Shown here one piece after another: positions 12,289-25,300 of a stretch of 64,000 nucleotides of DNA (within the stretch, counting starts at the first letter, position 1; every line of letters begins with the position of its first letter). Origin of the DNA: Anaeramoeba ignava BMAN (Eukaryota; Protista; Anaeramoebae). Both the position numbers and the translations under genes were made by a program. Location: NCBI GenBank assembly GCA_028826165.1, contig JAPDFW010000087.1, forward strand, positions 248,001-312,000. Direction: 5' to 3'. Below the pieces are notes generated by a model that saw only the letters and a program-made list of their open reading frames with translations, did not search any database and was not told the origin of the DNA.

Positions 12289-12394
12289 TATTATTTTTTT
12301 TTAAAAATGAAAAATTAAAATAAAATGGAAAAATGAAAAATGAAAAATGTTTCTCAAAAAAAAATTTTTTTTATTTCTTCCACAAAAATTTCAA

Positions 12395-13765
12395 AATCAA
12401 AAATCAATTAATAAATCAAAATCAATTAATAAATCAAAATCAAAATCAATTAATAAATCAAAATCAAAATCAAAATCAAAATCAAAATCAAAATCAAAAT
12501 CAAAATCAAAAATCAAAATCAAAATCAAAATCAAAATCAATTAATAAATTAAAATCAAAATCAAAATCAATTAATAAATCAAAATCAAAATCAATTAATA
12601 AATTAAAATCAAAATCAATTAATAAATCAAAATTAAAATCAATTAATAAATCAAAATCAAAATCAATTAATAAATCAAAATCAATTAATAAATCAAAATC
12701 AAAATCAAAATCAAAATCAAAATCAAAATCAATTAATAAATCAAAATCAATTAATAAATCAAAATCAAAATTAAAATCAAAATCAATTAATAAATCAAAA
12801 TCAAATAATAAATCAAAATCAAAATCAAAATCAATTAATAAATCAAAATCAAAATCAATTAATAAATCAAAATCAATTAATAAATCAAAATCAAAATCAA
12901 AATCAAAATCAAAATCAATTAATAAATCAAATCAAAATCAATTAATAAATCAAAATCAAAATCAAAATCAAAATCAAAATCAAAATCAATTAATAAATCA
13001 AAATCAATTAATAAATCAAAATTAAAATCAAAATCAAAATCAAAATCAAAATCAATTAATAAATCAAAATCAAAATCAAAATCAAAATCAAAATCAAAAT
13101 CAAAATCAAAATCAATTAATAAATCAAAATCAAAATCAAAATCAATTAATAAATCAAAATCAAAATCAAAATCAAAATCAATTAATAAATCAAAATCAAT
13201 TAATAAATTAAAAAATCAAAATGAATTAATAAATTAAAATCAAAATCAAAATCAATTAATAAATCAAAATCAAAATCAAAATCAATTAATAAATCAAAAT
13301 CAAAATCAAAATCAATTAATAAATCAAAATCAAAATCAAAATCAATTAATAAATCAAAATCAAAATCAATTAATAAATCAAAATGAATTAATAAATTAAA
13401 ATCAAAATCAAAATCAATTAATAAATCAAAATCAAAATCAAAATCAAAATCAAAATCAAAATCAAATTCAAATTCAAAATCAAAATCAAAATCAAAATCA
13501 AAATCAAAATCAAAATCAAAATCAAAATTAAAATTAAAATCAAAATTAAAATCAATTAATAAATCAAAATCAAAATCAATTAATAAATCAAAATCAAAAT
13601 CAATTAATAAATCAAAATCAAAATCAATTAATAAATCAAAATTAAAATCAAAATCAATTAATAAATCAAAATAAATTAATAAATTAAAATCAAAATCAAA
13701 ATCAATTAATAAATCAAAATCAAAATCAATTAATAAATCAAAATCAAAATCAATTAATAAATCAA
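12395..13765. repeat. Compound microsatellite (CAAAAT)n interspersed with CAATTAATAAAT
   Basis: Directly visible; lies in the divergent intergenic region between the claudin-like gene and RIO1. Confidence 0.95.
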
Positions 13766-13859
13766 ATCACGTCATTCAAAAAACAATTAAAATTAAAATT
13801 AAAATTAAAAAAATATTTTTTTTTTCATTTTTTTCATTTTTTCATTTTCTTTTAAAATT

Positions 13860-16800
13860 ATGCAAGATTTTTTAATAGAAGAAAAATTTAAACGACAAAT
13901 TCAATCACATCAATCCAAAAAAAATCAAAACCGTGAACAACCAATTCAAAAACTAGACAAATATTTTCACAAAATAAATTTAGCAACCAAAATAAGTCTT
14001 GAAGATGATCTTTCATCATTTTCAACATCAGTAACAAATAGTGCACAAAAAGTACAGAAAAAAATGCAAAACAATCGAAAAAGACAAAAAGATGTTTCAG
14101 ATAGACATACAATTGAGCAAGTAATTGATGGTCGAATAAGAATGATAATTTTTAAATTGCTTAATCAAGCTGTTATTGATGAAATTAATGGTTGTGTTAG
14201 TACTGGTAAAGAAGCTAATGTTTATTATGCTAATTCGGAAAAAAATGGTGAAATTGCTGTCAAAATTTATAAAACTTCTATTCTTATTTTTAAAGATAGA
14301 GATCGGTAAATAAACATAAAACTAAAATTCATATTAAAATTAAAATTCATTTATAAAATTTAAAATCAAAATTAAAATTAAAATTAAAATTAATATTTAA
14401 ATTAAAATTAAAATCAAAATTAAAATTAAAATTAAAATTAAAATTAAAATTCATTTATAAAATTAAAATTAAAATTAAAATCAAATTTAAAATTAAAATT
14501 AAAATCAAAATTAAAATTAAAATTAAAATTAAAATTAAAATTAAAATTTAAAATTAAAATTAAAATTAAAATTAAAATTAAAATTAAAATTAAAATTAAT
14601 ATTAAAGTTAAAATTCAAATTCAAATTAAAATTAAAATTAATATTAAAATTAAAATTAAAATTAAAATTAAAAGTTAAAATTAAAATTAAAATTCATTTA
14701 TAAAATTTAAAATTAAAATTAAAATTAAAATTAAAATTAAAATTAATATTAAAATTAAAATTTAAAATTAAAATTAAAATTAAAATTCATATTAAAATTC
14801 ATTTATAAAAATTTAAAATTAAAAATTAAATTTAAAATCAAAATTAAAATTAAAGTTAAAATTAATATTTAAATTAATATTTAAATTAAAATTTAAAACT
14901 AAATTAAAATTAAAAATAAAATTAAAAATTAAAATTCATTTATAAAAGTTAAAATTAAAAATTAAATTTAAAATTTAAATTAAAATTAAAATTAAAAATT
15001 AAAATTAATATTTAAATTAAAATTTAAAATTAAAATTCATTTATAAAATTAAAATTAAAATTAATATTAAAATTAAAATTAAAATTAAAATTAAAATCAA
15101 ATTTAAAATTAAAGTTAAAATTAAAATTTAAAATTAAAATTAAAATTAAAATTAAAATTAAAATTAAAATTAAAATTAAAATTAAAATTAAAATTAAAAT
15201 TAAAATTAAAATTTAAAATTAAAAATAAAATTAAAATCAAAATTAAAATTAAAATTAAAATTAAATTTAAAATTTATATCAAAATCAAAATTAATATCAA
15301 AATCAAAATTAATATCAAAATTAGATATGTAAGTGGAGAATTTAGATTTAGATCAGGATATTGTAGACATAATCCTCGAAAAATGGTTAGAGTTTGGGCT
15401 GAAAAAGAAATGAGAAATTTACAAAGATTAAATAATGCAGGAATTCCTTCACCTAAACCTATTATTTTAAAAGGGCATGTTCTTCTTATGTCTTTTATTG
15501 GAAAAAATTCAATTCCTGCTCCTCGTTTAAAGGATGCTTTATTAACTCCTCAAAAAGTTAAGAAATGTTATTATCAATGTATTACTTTGATGCGGAAAAT
15601 GTTTTGGGATTGTAAATTAGTTCACGCAGATCTTAGTGAAGTATTTTATTTATTTTTTAAATAAGAATTGAACTTGAAAATTTAAAATTAAGAAATGAAT
15701 TTAAATTTAATTAAGAAATGAATTTAAATTTAAAATTAAATGGATTTAAATTTAATTAAGAAATGGATTGAAATTTAATATTTAGAAATGGATTGAAATT
15801 TAATTAAGAAATGAATTTAAATTTAATTAAGAAATGAATTTAAATTTAAAATTAAGAAATGAATTTAAATTTAATTAAGAAATGAATTTAAATTTAATTA
15901 AGAAAATGAATTCAAATTTAATTAAGAAATGAATTTAAATTCAATTAAGAAATGAATTCAAATTTAATTAAGAAATGAATTTAAATTTAATTAAGAAATG
16001 GATTGAAATTTAATATTTAGAAATGAATTTAAATTTAAAATTAAGAAATGGATTTAAATTTAATTAAGAAATGAATTCAAATTTAATTAAGAAATGAATT
16101 TAAATTTAATTAAGAAATGAATTCAAATTTAATTAAGAAATGAATTTAAATTTAAAATTAAAATTAAAATTAAAATTAAAATTAAAAATTAAAATTAAAA
16201 TTAAAATTAAAATTAAAATTAAAATTAAAATTAAAATTAAAATTAAAATTAAAATTAAAATTAAATTTAAAATTAAAATTAAAATTAAAAATTAAAATCA
16301 AAATTAAAATTAAAATTAAAATCAAAATTAAAATCAAAATTTAAAATTAAAATTAAAATTTATAAATTATAAATTCAAAATATCAAAATTTAAAACAAAA
16401 ATAGTATAATATTTTATATTATAAATCACAATGCTATATTATTGATGTTTCTCAATCTGTTGAACACGATCATCCTAATGCATTAGTTTTCTTACGAAAA
16501 GATTGCACAAACATTACAAATTTTTTTTCTAAAAAAGGAGTTCTTACAATGTCAATAATAGAATTATTTGAATATATAACAGACGTAACAATCACTCAAG
16601 AAAACGAAGAAGATTATCTTCGTTTAATTGAATCAAGAATTACAGAAAAAAATCATCATCTCACTCATGAACAACAAGTTGAACAAGAAGTTTTTAAATC
16701 AGCTTATATTCCTCAAAAATTAGATGATGTTATCAATTTTCGCAGAGATAAAGAAAATGTTCTTAAAGGAAATGCTGATGTATTTTATTATAGCTTTTTA

Positions 16801-17390
16801 TTCAAAATTCAAAGTTTATTCAAAATATTTCTTTTTATTATTTTTTTCTTTTTTTTTAACAAAAATATATATAGATTTATTATCAACAAATTTTGGGAAT
16901 GAAAAAAGATTTAACTGAACCAAATTTATTTCCAGAAATTTTAAGTCAAGAAAATATAAATCAAAATTTAAATGAAAATACAAATGAAAATACAAATGAA
17001 AATATAAATGAAAATATAAATCAAAATACAAATGAAAATATAAATGAAAATGAAAATATAAATCAAAATACAAATGAAAATATAAATCAAAATCAAAATC
17101 AAAATCAAAATCAAAATATAAATGAAAATCAAAATACAAATCAAAATGAAAATGAAAATGAAAATGAAAATGAAAATGAAAATTTAACAAAATTACAAAT
17201 AAATGATCCACAATTTTCTAGAAAAAAACTTAAAGGAGATAAAGAAGAAATTAGAGAAATAAAAAAAGAACATAAAAAGAAAATTAAAAAAGAAAAACAA
17301 GAAAAAAGAAAAATTAAAATTCCAAAAAGTATAAAGAAAAGAAGACAAAGAGTTGTACAAAGAAAAAGAAGAGGAAAAGGAAGGAAATAA
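13860..17390 (+). CDS. RIO1: Serine/threonine kinase RIO1; exons 13860-14305, 15325-15640, 16405-16779, 16875-17390
   Basis: The spliced product has [31 protein letters not shown]|[39 protein letters not shown]|[37 protein letters not shown] and a basic C-tail. All three GT-AG introns keep the frame. Confidence 0.95.
14320..15320. repeat. (TTAAAA)n array filling RIO1 intron 1
   Basis: Directly visible; interrupted by AAATTCATTTATAAAA. Confidence 0.9.
15690..16360. repeat. ~23-bp unit (AAGAAATGAATTTAAATTTAATT) array followed by (TTAAAA)n, in RIO1 intron 2
   Basis: Directly visible. Confidence 0.9.
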
Positions 17391-18760
17391 TTTATAAAAT
17401 AATTAATAAAATAATTAATAAAATAATTAATAAAAATAAAAAATAAAAAATTAAAAATAAAAAATTAAAAAAAAATTAATAAAGTAATTAATAAAATAAT
17501 TAATAAAAAATAAATAAAAAAAATAATTTACAAAATAATTAATAAAATAATTAATAAAATAATTAATAAAACAATTAATAAAATAATTAATAAAATAATA
17601 AATAAAATAATTAATAAAATAATTAATAAAATAATTTATAAAATAATTAATAAAATAATTAATAAAATAATTTATAAAATAATTAATAAAATAATTAATA
17701 AAATAATTAATAAAATAATTTATAAAATAATAAATAAAATAATTTATAAAATAACTTATAAAATAATTAATAAAATAATTAATAAAAATAATTTATAAAA
17801 TAATTTATAAAAATAATTAATAAAATAATTTACAAAAATAATTTACAAAATAATTAATAAAATAATTTATAAAATAATTAATAAAAACAATTTATAAAAT
17901 AATTAATAAAACAATTTATAAAATAATTAATAAAATAATTTATAAAATAATTAATAAAATAATTTATAAAATAATTAATAAAATAAATTATAAAATAATT
18001 TATAAAATAAATTATAAAATAATTTATAAAATAATTAATAAAATAATTAATAAAATAATTTACAAAATAACTAAAATAAAATAATTAATAAAATAATTTA
18101 TAAAATAATTTATAAAATAATTTATAAAATAATTTACAAATAATTAATAAATTAATTAATAAAATAATTTATAAAATAATTAATAAAATAATTAATAAAA
18201 TAATTAATAAAATAATTAATAAAATAATTAATAAAATAATTAATAAAATAATTAATAAAATAATTAATAAAATAATTTATAAAATAATTTATAAAATAAT
18301 TTACAAAATAATTTATAAAATAATTAATAAAATAATTAATAAAATAATTAATAAAATAATTAATAAAATAATTTATAAAATAATTAATAAAATAATTAAT
18401 AAAAATAATTTACAAAATAACTTATAAAATAATTAATAAAATAATTTATAAAATAATTTATAAAATAATTTACAAAATAATTTACAAAAATAATTAATAA
18501 AACAATTTACAAAATAATTTATAAAATAATTTATAAAATAATTAATAAAATAATTAATAAAATAATTAATAAAATAATTAATAAAATAATTAATAAAATA
18601 ATTTATAAAATAACTTATAAAATAATTTATAAAATAACTTATAAAATAAATAATAAAATAATTTACAAAATAATTTATAAAATAATTAATAAAATAATTA
18701 ATAAAACAATTTATAAAATAATTAATAAAATAATAAATAAAATAATTTATAAAATAATTC
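17390..18760. repeat. 12-bp unit (AATAATTAATAA / AATAATTTATAA) tandem array
   Basis: Directly visible; starts at the RIO1 stop codon. Confidence 0.95.
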
Positions 18761-18920
18761 ATTTCAATTCAAAATTTATTAAAAAATTCTTAATTTCAAT
18801 TCAAATCAAATCAATTTAAAAAAAAAATTCATTTCTTATCAAAATAAAATCAAACAAAATAAAAAGAACAAATTGAAAAAAACAAACAATGTTTTTTCTG
18901 ATAAAAAGAAGTAAAACAAA

Positions 18921-20231
18921 TCAATCTTTTTTCTTAATATAAACCATTCTGTTATGGCGATGATTTGTATCATTAACCATTTTCATAGTTTTACTTAAAA
19001 AAGCAGCAATTCCTCTTCTTGTATTTCTCCAATCAGTAGTTTTAACTACTTTATCTTTTGCAATAAATTTATCACTTTGAGTTTTTCCTTTTCTTCCTTT
19101 TGCTGAAACTAAAAGACTTATTACTTCATCTTTTACTTCAACATATTCTGGAATTGCTCCTGTTTTCAAAAATATTGCATATGAATTTTGCGTCCATCCA
19201 ATTAAAAGTGTTGGATCATATAATGCTATTTTATCAAATCGAAACCCAATTTTTGGACATGGTTTTTGTGATAGAAAATTCATTAATTCTTCATATTCAT
19301 AATTTGATTTTCCTTCTTGATTTTGATTTTCATTTTCATTTTGATTTTCATTTTTATTTTCATTTTCATTTTGATTTTGATTTTCATTTTGATTTTGATT
19401 TTGATTTTCATTTTCATTTTCATTTTCATTTTGATTTTGATTTAGATTTTCATTTTTATTTTCATCTTGATTTTGATTTTTGATTTTCTTTTTAATTTTG
19501 AATTTCTTCTTCTTCTTCTTTTGTTTTTCTTTTTGATTTTGATTTTGATTTTGATTTTGATTTTGATTTATTAATTTATTTTGAATTTCATTTTGAATTT
19601 CATTTTGATTTTCATTTTCATTTTGATTTTGATTTTGATTTTGATTTTCATTTTCTAAGTGATTTTCAAAATATTTTTCAAAATATATTTGGTTTTGATA
19701 TTTGATTTGAATTTCATTTTCCTGTTTATTTTGAATTTGATTGTGAATTTGGTTTTGATTTTGACTTGAAATTTGATTTAAATCTTGTTTTTCACCTGAA
19801 ATAAAATTTTGAATTGAATCAAAATCATTGAAATCTTGAGTTGAATTATTATTTGAACTAAGAAATCGAAAACCATTATTATTTTGGGAAATCTGAGTAA
19901 AATCATCAACAATAATATTATTTTGGGGGATTCTATTATTTTCTAAATGGGAATGATTTGTTTGAATTTTTTCTTGAAAATGATTTAAATTATTAAATTG
20001 AGTTTTTTCAAAATTAAGTTGATTTTGAATATTTGAATTTTTTTTTTCATCTTCAAGAATATTTTTATCAGTTTTAATAAAGCAACTTGAATCAAGAGAA
20101 GTATCTAAAAATTCAAGCTGTTTTGAATCTAATCGATTACTAAATAAATGAACTTGTTCTCTTGATTGTCCAATTAATTCTTCATAAAAATCTTCAAGTG
20201 GATTTGAAAAGAAAAAATCAGAATCATCCAT
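18921..20231 (-). CDS. Hypothetical protein: acidic/aromatic N-terminus, NQ/NE linker with poly-K (NLS-like), ~125-aa basic C-terminal domain
   Basis: 436-aa intronless ORF with normal composition in the C-terminal domain (YEELMNFLSQKPCPKIGF...WRNTRRGIAAFLSK). No family recognised. Confidence 0.75.
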   Translation of the reverse strand: MDDSDFFFSNPLEDFYEELIGQSREQVHLFSNRLDSKQLEFLDTSLDSSCFIKTDKNILEDEKKNSNIQNQLNFEKTQFNNLNHFQEKIQTNHSHLENNRIPQNNIIVDDFTQISQNNNGFRFLSSNNNSTQDFNDFDSIQNFISGEKQDLNQISSQNQNQIHNQIQNKQENEIQIKYQNQIYFEKYFENHLENENQNQNQNQNENENQNEIQNEIQNKLINQNQNQNQNQNQKEKQKKKKKKFKIKKKIKNQNQDENKNENLNQNQNENENENENQNQNQNENQNQNENENKNENQNENENQNQEGKSNYEYEELMNFLSQKPCPKIGFRFDKIALYDPTLLIGWTQNSYAIFLKTGAIPEYVEVKDEVISLLVSAKGRKGKTQSDKFIAKDKVVKTTDWRNTRRGIAAFLSKTMKMVNDTNHRHNRMVYIKKKD

Positions 20232-20774
20232 TTAGTTTTTTAGTTTAATTTAATTGTGCGTTTTTATTTATTTTGTTTTTATTTATTATTTATTTTTTTA
20301 TTTTTATTTTTATATTTTTTTTTTCACTTTTGGTTTTTTTTAAAAAGAAATTAAGAAAAAAACGTAAAAAAAAAAAGGAAAATTAAACAAATTTTAAAAG
20401 TAAAAAAAATTATTATTAAAAAGGAAATAGTTCAAAAATTGAGAAAGAAAAAAAAATAAATTTATTTTTAATTATTTTTTTTTTTTTAATTTTTAAAAAA
20501 AGATCTTTTTTTTTTTTTTTATTTTTTAAAACTAAAATTAAAACTAAAAAACCCAAAAACAATTAAAACAAAAAACCAACGAAGCAAAAAAAGTAGAAAA
20601 TAAATAAATAAAAATAAAAATGCGAAAAATTATTTTTTTTCCCTTTTTTTTCGTTTTTCCACATTTTTTTTATTTATAAATTTTAATCAAAAAATCAAAC
20701 TTAAAATTTAAAATCTAAATCATAAATCAAATTCTTAATATAATCTACAAATCAATTTTAAATATCGAAAAAAA

Positions 20775-22140
20775 TATTTAAAATATTTAAAATATTCAAA
20801 ATATTAATTTATTCAAAATATTCAAAATATTCAATATATTCCAAATATTCAATATATTCAAAATATTCAAAAATATCCAAAATATTTTTAATTTATTCAA
20901 TATATTCAATATATTCTAAATATTCAAAATATTCAAAATATTCAAAATATTCAATATATTCAATATATTCAAAATATTTAATATATTCAATTTATTCAAT
21001 ATATTCAATATATCCAATATATTCAATATATTCAATTTATTCAAAATATTCAATATATTCAAAATATTCAATATATTCAATATATTCAAAATATTCAAAA
21101 TATTCAAAATATTCAATATATTCAATATATTCAATATATTCAAAATATTCAATATATTCAAAATATTCAATATATTCAAAATATTCAAAATATTCAATAT
21201 ATTCAAAATATTCAAAATATTCAAAAAAATTCAAAATATCCAAAATATTTAATATATTCAAATATTCAAAATATTCAAAAATATCCAAAATATTTAATAT
21301 ATTCAATTTATTCAATATATTCAATATATTCAATATATTCAATATATTCAAAATATTCAAATATATTTCAAAAATATTCAAAATATTCAATATATTCAAA
21401 ATATTCAAAATATTCAATATTATATTCAAAAATATTCAAAATATTTCAAAATATTCAAATATTCAAAATATTCAATATATTCAATATATTCAATATATTC
21501 AATATATTCAAAAATATTCAAATATATTCAATATATTCAAAATATTCAATATATTCAAAATATTCAAAATATTCAAAATATTCAAAATATTCAATATATT
21601 CAATTTATATTCAAAATATTCAATATATTCAAAATATTCAATATATTCAAAAATATTCAAAATATTCAAAATATTCAAAATATTCAAAATATTCAAAAAA
21701 TATGTTTCAAAATATTCAAAATATTCAATATATTCTTCAATATATTCAATATATTCAATATATTCAATATATTCAATATATTCATTTATTCAAAATATTC
21801 AAAATATTCAATATATTCAATATATTCAATATTCAAAAATATTCAATATATTCAAAATATTCAATATATTCAATATATTCAAAATATTCAATATATTCAA
21901 TATATTCAAAATATTCAATATATTCAATATATTCAAAATATTCAAAATATCCAATATATTCAATATATTCAATTTATTCAAAATATTCAATATATTCAAA
22001 ATATTCAATATATTCAATATATTCAAAATATTCAATATATTCAATATATTCAATTTATTCAAAATATTCAAAATATCCAATATATTCAATATATTCAATA
22101 TATTCAAAATATTCAATATATTCAAAATATTCAAAATAAT
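20775..22140. repeat. 9-bp unit (AATATTCAA / TATATTCAA) tandem array
   Basis: Directly visible. Confidence 0.95.
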
Positions 22141-22304
22141 CAAATCGGAAAAAAAATTTTATTTTTTAAAATTCAAAACAATATCATTTCATTATTATTT
22201 CATTATTATTTCTTTATCATTTCTTTATCATTTCTTTATCATTTCTTTATCATTTAATTATTATTTCTTTATCATTTCTTTACCATTTCTTTATCATTTC
22301 TTTA

Positions 22305-25300
22305 TCATTTCTTAGTAAGCCCTCTTGTTTCAGCTAATTTATGCCTTCTTTTTACAGCATTAATCAATGAAATAATTGATTGAACCCATTTCTCTTTAAT
22401 TTCTGAACTTTCTGCATTAAATGTAACTTTGATATCTTGAATCTCTTGAGTTTTCCTAATTTTTCTACTTTTTTGAATATCTTGAATATCATTCTCAAGA
22501 ACATCATCTTCAAGAACATTTTTTTTATTAAGAACACAAAACAAATTGAAATATCTCTGGCTCTCTTTATTATTTTCCTTTTCTTGATCTTTTTTTGATG
22601 TTGATAATTTGGAAAATTCTTGCACATTTTGGTTTTGAACTTGAAAAGAGGTCTCATCATTGAATAAATTAATCAATTTAGTTTTAAAATTAATGGCAAT
22701 TTTTGATTTAAAATGCAAAATATCATCTTGTCTTTTTGCATTTTTTTTAAACAAATTTGCCCTATTTCTTTTGACTTTGGAGATGATTAAAAGATCATTA
22801 AAAAGAATACAATAGCGTTTTTTGATAGTGATTTTGGAGTGTTTTTTATGAACTTGATTAATGACAGTCATATCATCAACATTATTGCCTTCAAAAACAA
22901 GAAGATCACCATCCAAAATGAATCTTCGAGCCGGCGAACTTGCCAGACTGAATTTTTTATTCTTGAGAATACGGTTGAAACGCAGCACTTTTTCAATGTT
23001 TTCAGAATCCCTTTTGCGTTCGTTAATATAAGTTGCTATTTCTTGTGTTTTTTGCAAAGCGTGATAAAGATTGTTATAATCGGGATGATTTTCTGGTGTA
23101 TTTTCAACCAACTCACGCAAAAGTAGTGAATATCGCGGAATTCTTTGAATTGGCGTGATAAGCAGACTTTCTAGTGAAAGATTGCGGATTTCAGACTTTG
23201 TTTTTGCTTCTTCTAAAAACTTTACGAATTTCATGTTTTTTCCTTTTAGTTCATGAAGTGTAACTATTGATTGATTGTAATTGTTTATATATTGAGTGTA
23301 AATTTTGAAAAAAGGTGTCAATTCAAGGAAAATATCCCCGATTTTTTGCTCAAAATTCCACGGTTTTGGATGGAATCTTTCACGCAATTTGTTCAGAATA
23401 TTCTCGTTGACAACAAGTATATTTTCAATATCAGAAAATATTATCTTGATTTTAGCTTCTTGAATTAATTGAGTTTTTCTTAATGGATATAAATAGTGAT
23501 TTCTTGCGCATTTTAGCATTTCCACATATGCTATTTCTGTATCAAGAATTTCTTGTGAAATGTTCATTCTTTTCTTGATTATCTTTGTTTTTTTTCTTTG
23601 AAGAAACCCTCTTAAACTAGATTGAATTTTAATTGCGTTTTCTCTTCTGACATCTTCTGTTAATTTCTTATTCAAATCTTCGTTATTTAATACTTTTGTT
23701 GAAAGTAATTCCTTTAAAAGTTGATTTTCTTTTTCCGTTGTGATTTTTGCTCTTCTTGATTGATCATAAATTTCCTCAACTTTTTGATTTAGATCTTGAT
23801 AGTTTATTTTGTATTCTTCCATTTCTTTTTTTGTTTTTTGTAATTCTGTTGTTTTGTTCCATATTTCTTTTGAAATGATTTTTTGCATTTCATTTTTGAC
23901 TAAATCTTGTTGATTTTTTGGAATAAAATTCTCAAGAATAAGTGTTATTTTTTCTTCGTTACTAAGATTCTCTTTAATTGGGAAAATTTTTTTGAATTTT
24001 TGTTTTGGTTTTTTGTTTGTTTTGTCATCAAAGTTTGCAAATTCTTTAGCAAAGTCTATTTGGTTTTGATTTTGATTTTGATTTTCATTTTTAATTTGAT
24101 TTTCATTTTGATTTTTATTTTGATTTTCATTTTGATTTTGATTTTGATTTTGATTTTCATTTTGATTTTTAATTTGATTTTCATTTTTAATTTGATTTTC
24201 ATTTTGATTTTCAATTTGATTTTGATTTTCAATTTTAATTTCATTTTGATTTTCATTTTGATTTTCATTTTGATTTTCAATTATATTTGTAAATCCATTT
24301 ATCATTGATAAATTTTGTTGTTTTTTATTCTGAAGTTCTCTTTGCCAAGGTGCAAGATTATCAGGAACAATAGATAAAATTGAATTACTTCTTTTGCGCA
24401 TTTTTAAAGGTGAAATATTACTATCTTTAGATGAACGTTCCAAATTATTTTTAACTAAATCACCAAATGATATTTTATTTTCTTTCATTTGAGCGATTGT
24501 ATCACTTAATATTTTGATTTCCTTTTCTTTTTCACTAACACTTTGTGAAAGTAAACTGTTTTGTGAATTCAAATAATTAAACTTTTGATTTATTTCTTGT
24601 GATTGAAGCCTGAGTAACCGATTCTCTTTTGTTAATTGTCTAATCGTTTTGACATCTTGTGATTTTGTTTTTAATTGTTGTTTCAACTTCTCATTCTCAA
24701 TTTTAATTTGATTTACTTCTTTTTCTACCATTTCTTTTTCTTTTTCTAAATTTCCTATTTTTTCATTCAAATTTTTGTTTTGTGAATTAAGATGTTTAAT
24801 TTCTGATTCATTTTCTTTGATCGAATTTTCTAATTTTTCCGTTCTTTTGTTTTTTGTTTTGAAATTTTCTTTTAATTTTTTATATTTTTGATGTTTGTTT
24901 TGAAGTTTTTGGATTTGTGATAAATATTTTTGTTTTTGGGTTTCCATTTCATTTTGAATTTTTTCTAAATTTTTTTGATTTTCAATTTCTTTTTCTTTTA
25001 GGATTTGAATTTGGGTTTGAATTTCTTTTTGAATTTGATTTTCATTTTTGATTTGGTTTTGAATTTGGCTTTGAATTTCATTTTGATTTTGAATTTCAGT
25101 TTTGATTTCATTTTTAATTTGAATTTCACTTTCAATTTCGTTTTGAATTTCATTTTGAATTTCATTTTTGATTTCATTTTGATTTTCAATTTGATTTTTA
25201 TTTTTATTTTGATTTTCAATTTTATCCAAATTTTGAATTTCATTTTGAATTTTGGTTTCAATTTCCATATGATTATGATTTTGATTTTGATTTTGATTTT

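Noticed and set aside
12333-13025. 230-aa ORF (NQ/SK repeats) and overlapping ORF 12347-12544
   Set aside because: A translation of the CAAAAT microsatellite with no complex sequence; open only because the unit lacks stops.
14320-15320. (TTAAAA)n as an interstitial telomere
   Set aside because: It lacks G-rich telomeric character and lies wholly inside GT-AG introns.
20916-22143. Several ILN/EYF/YSI repeat ORFs on both strands
   Set aside because: By-products of the 9-bp tandem array.
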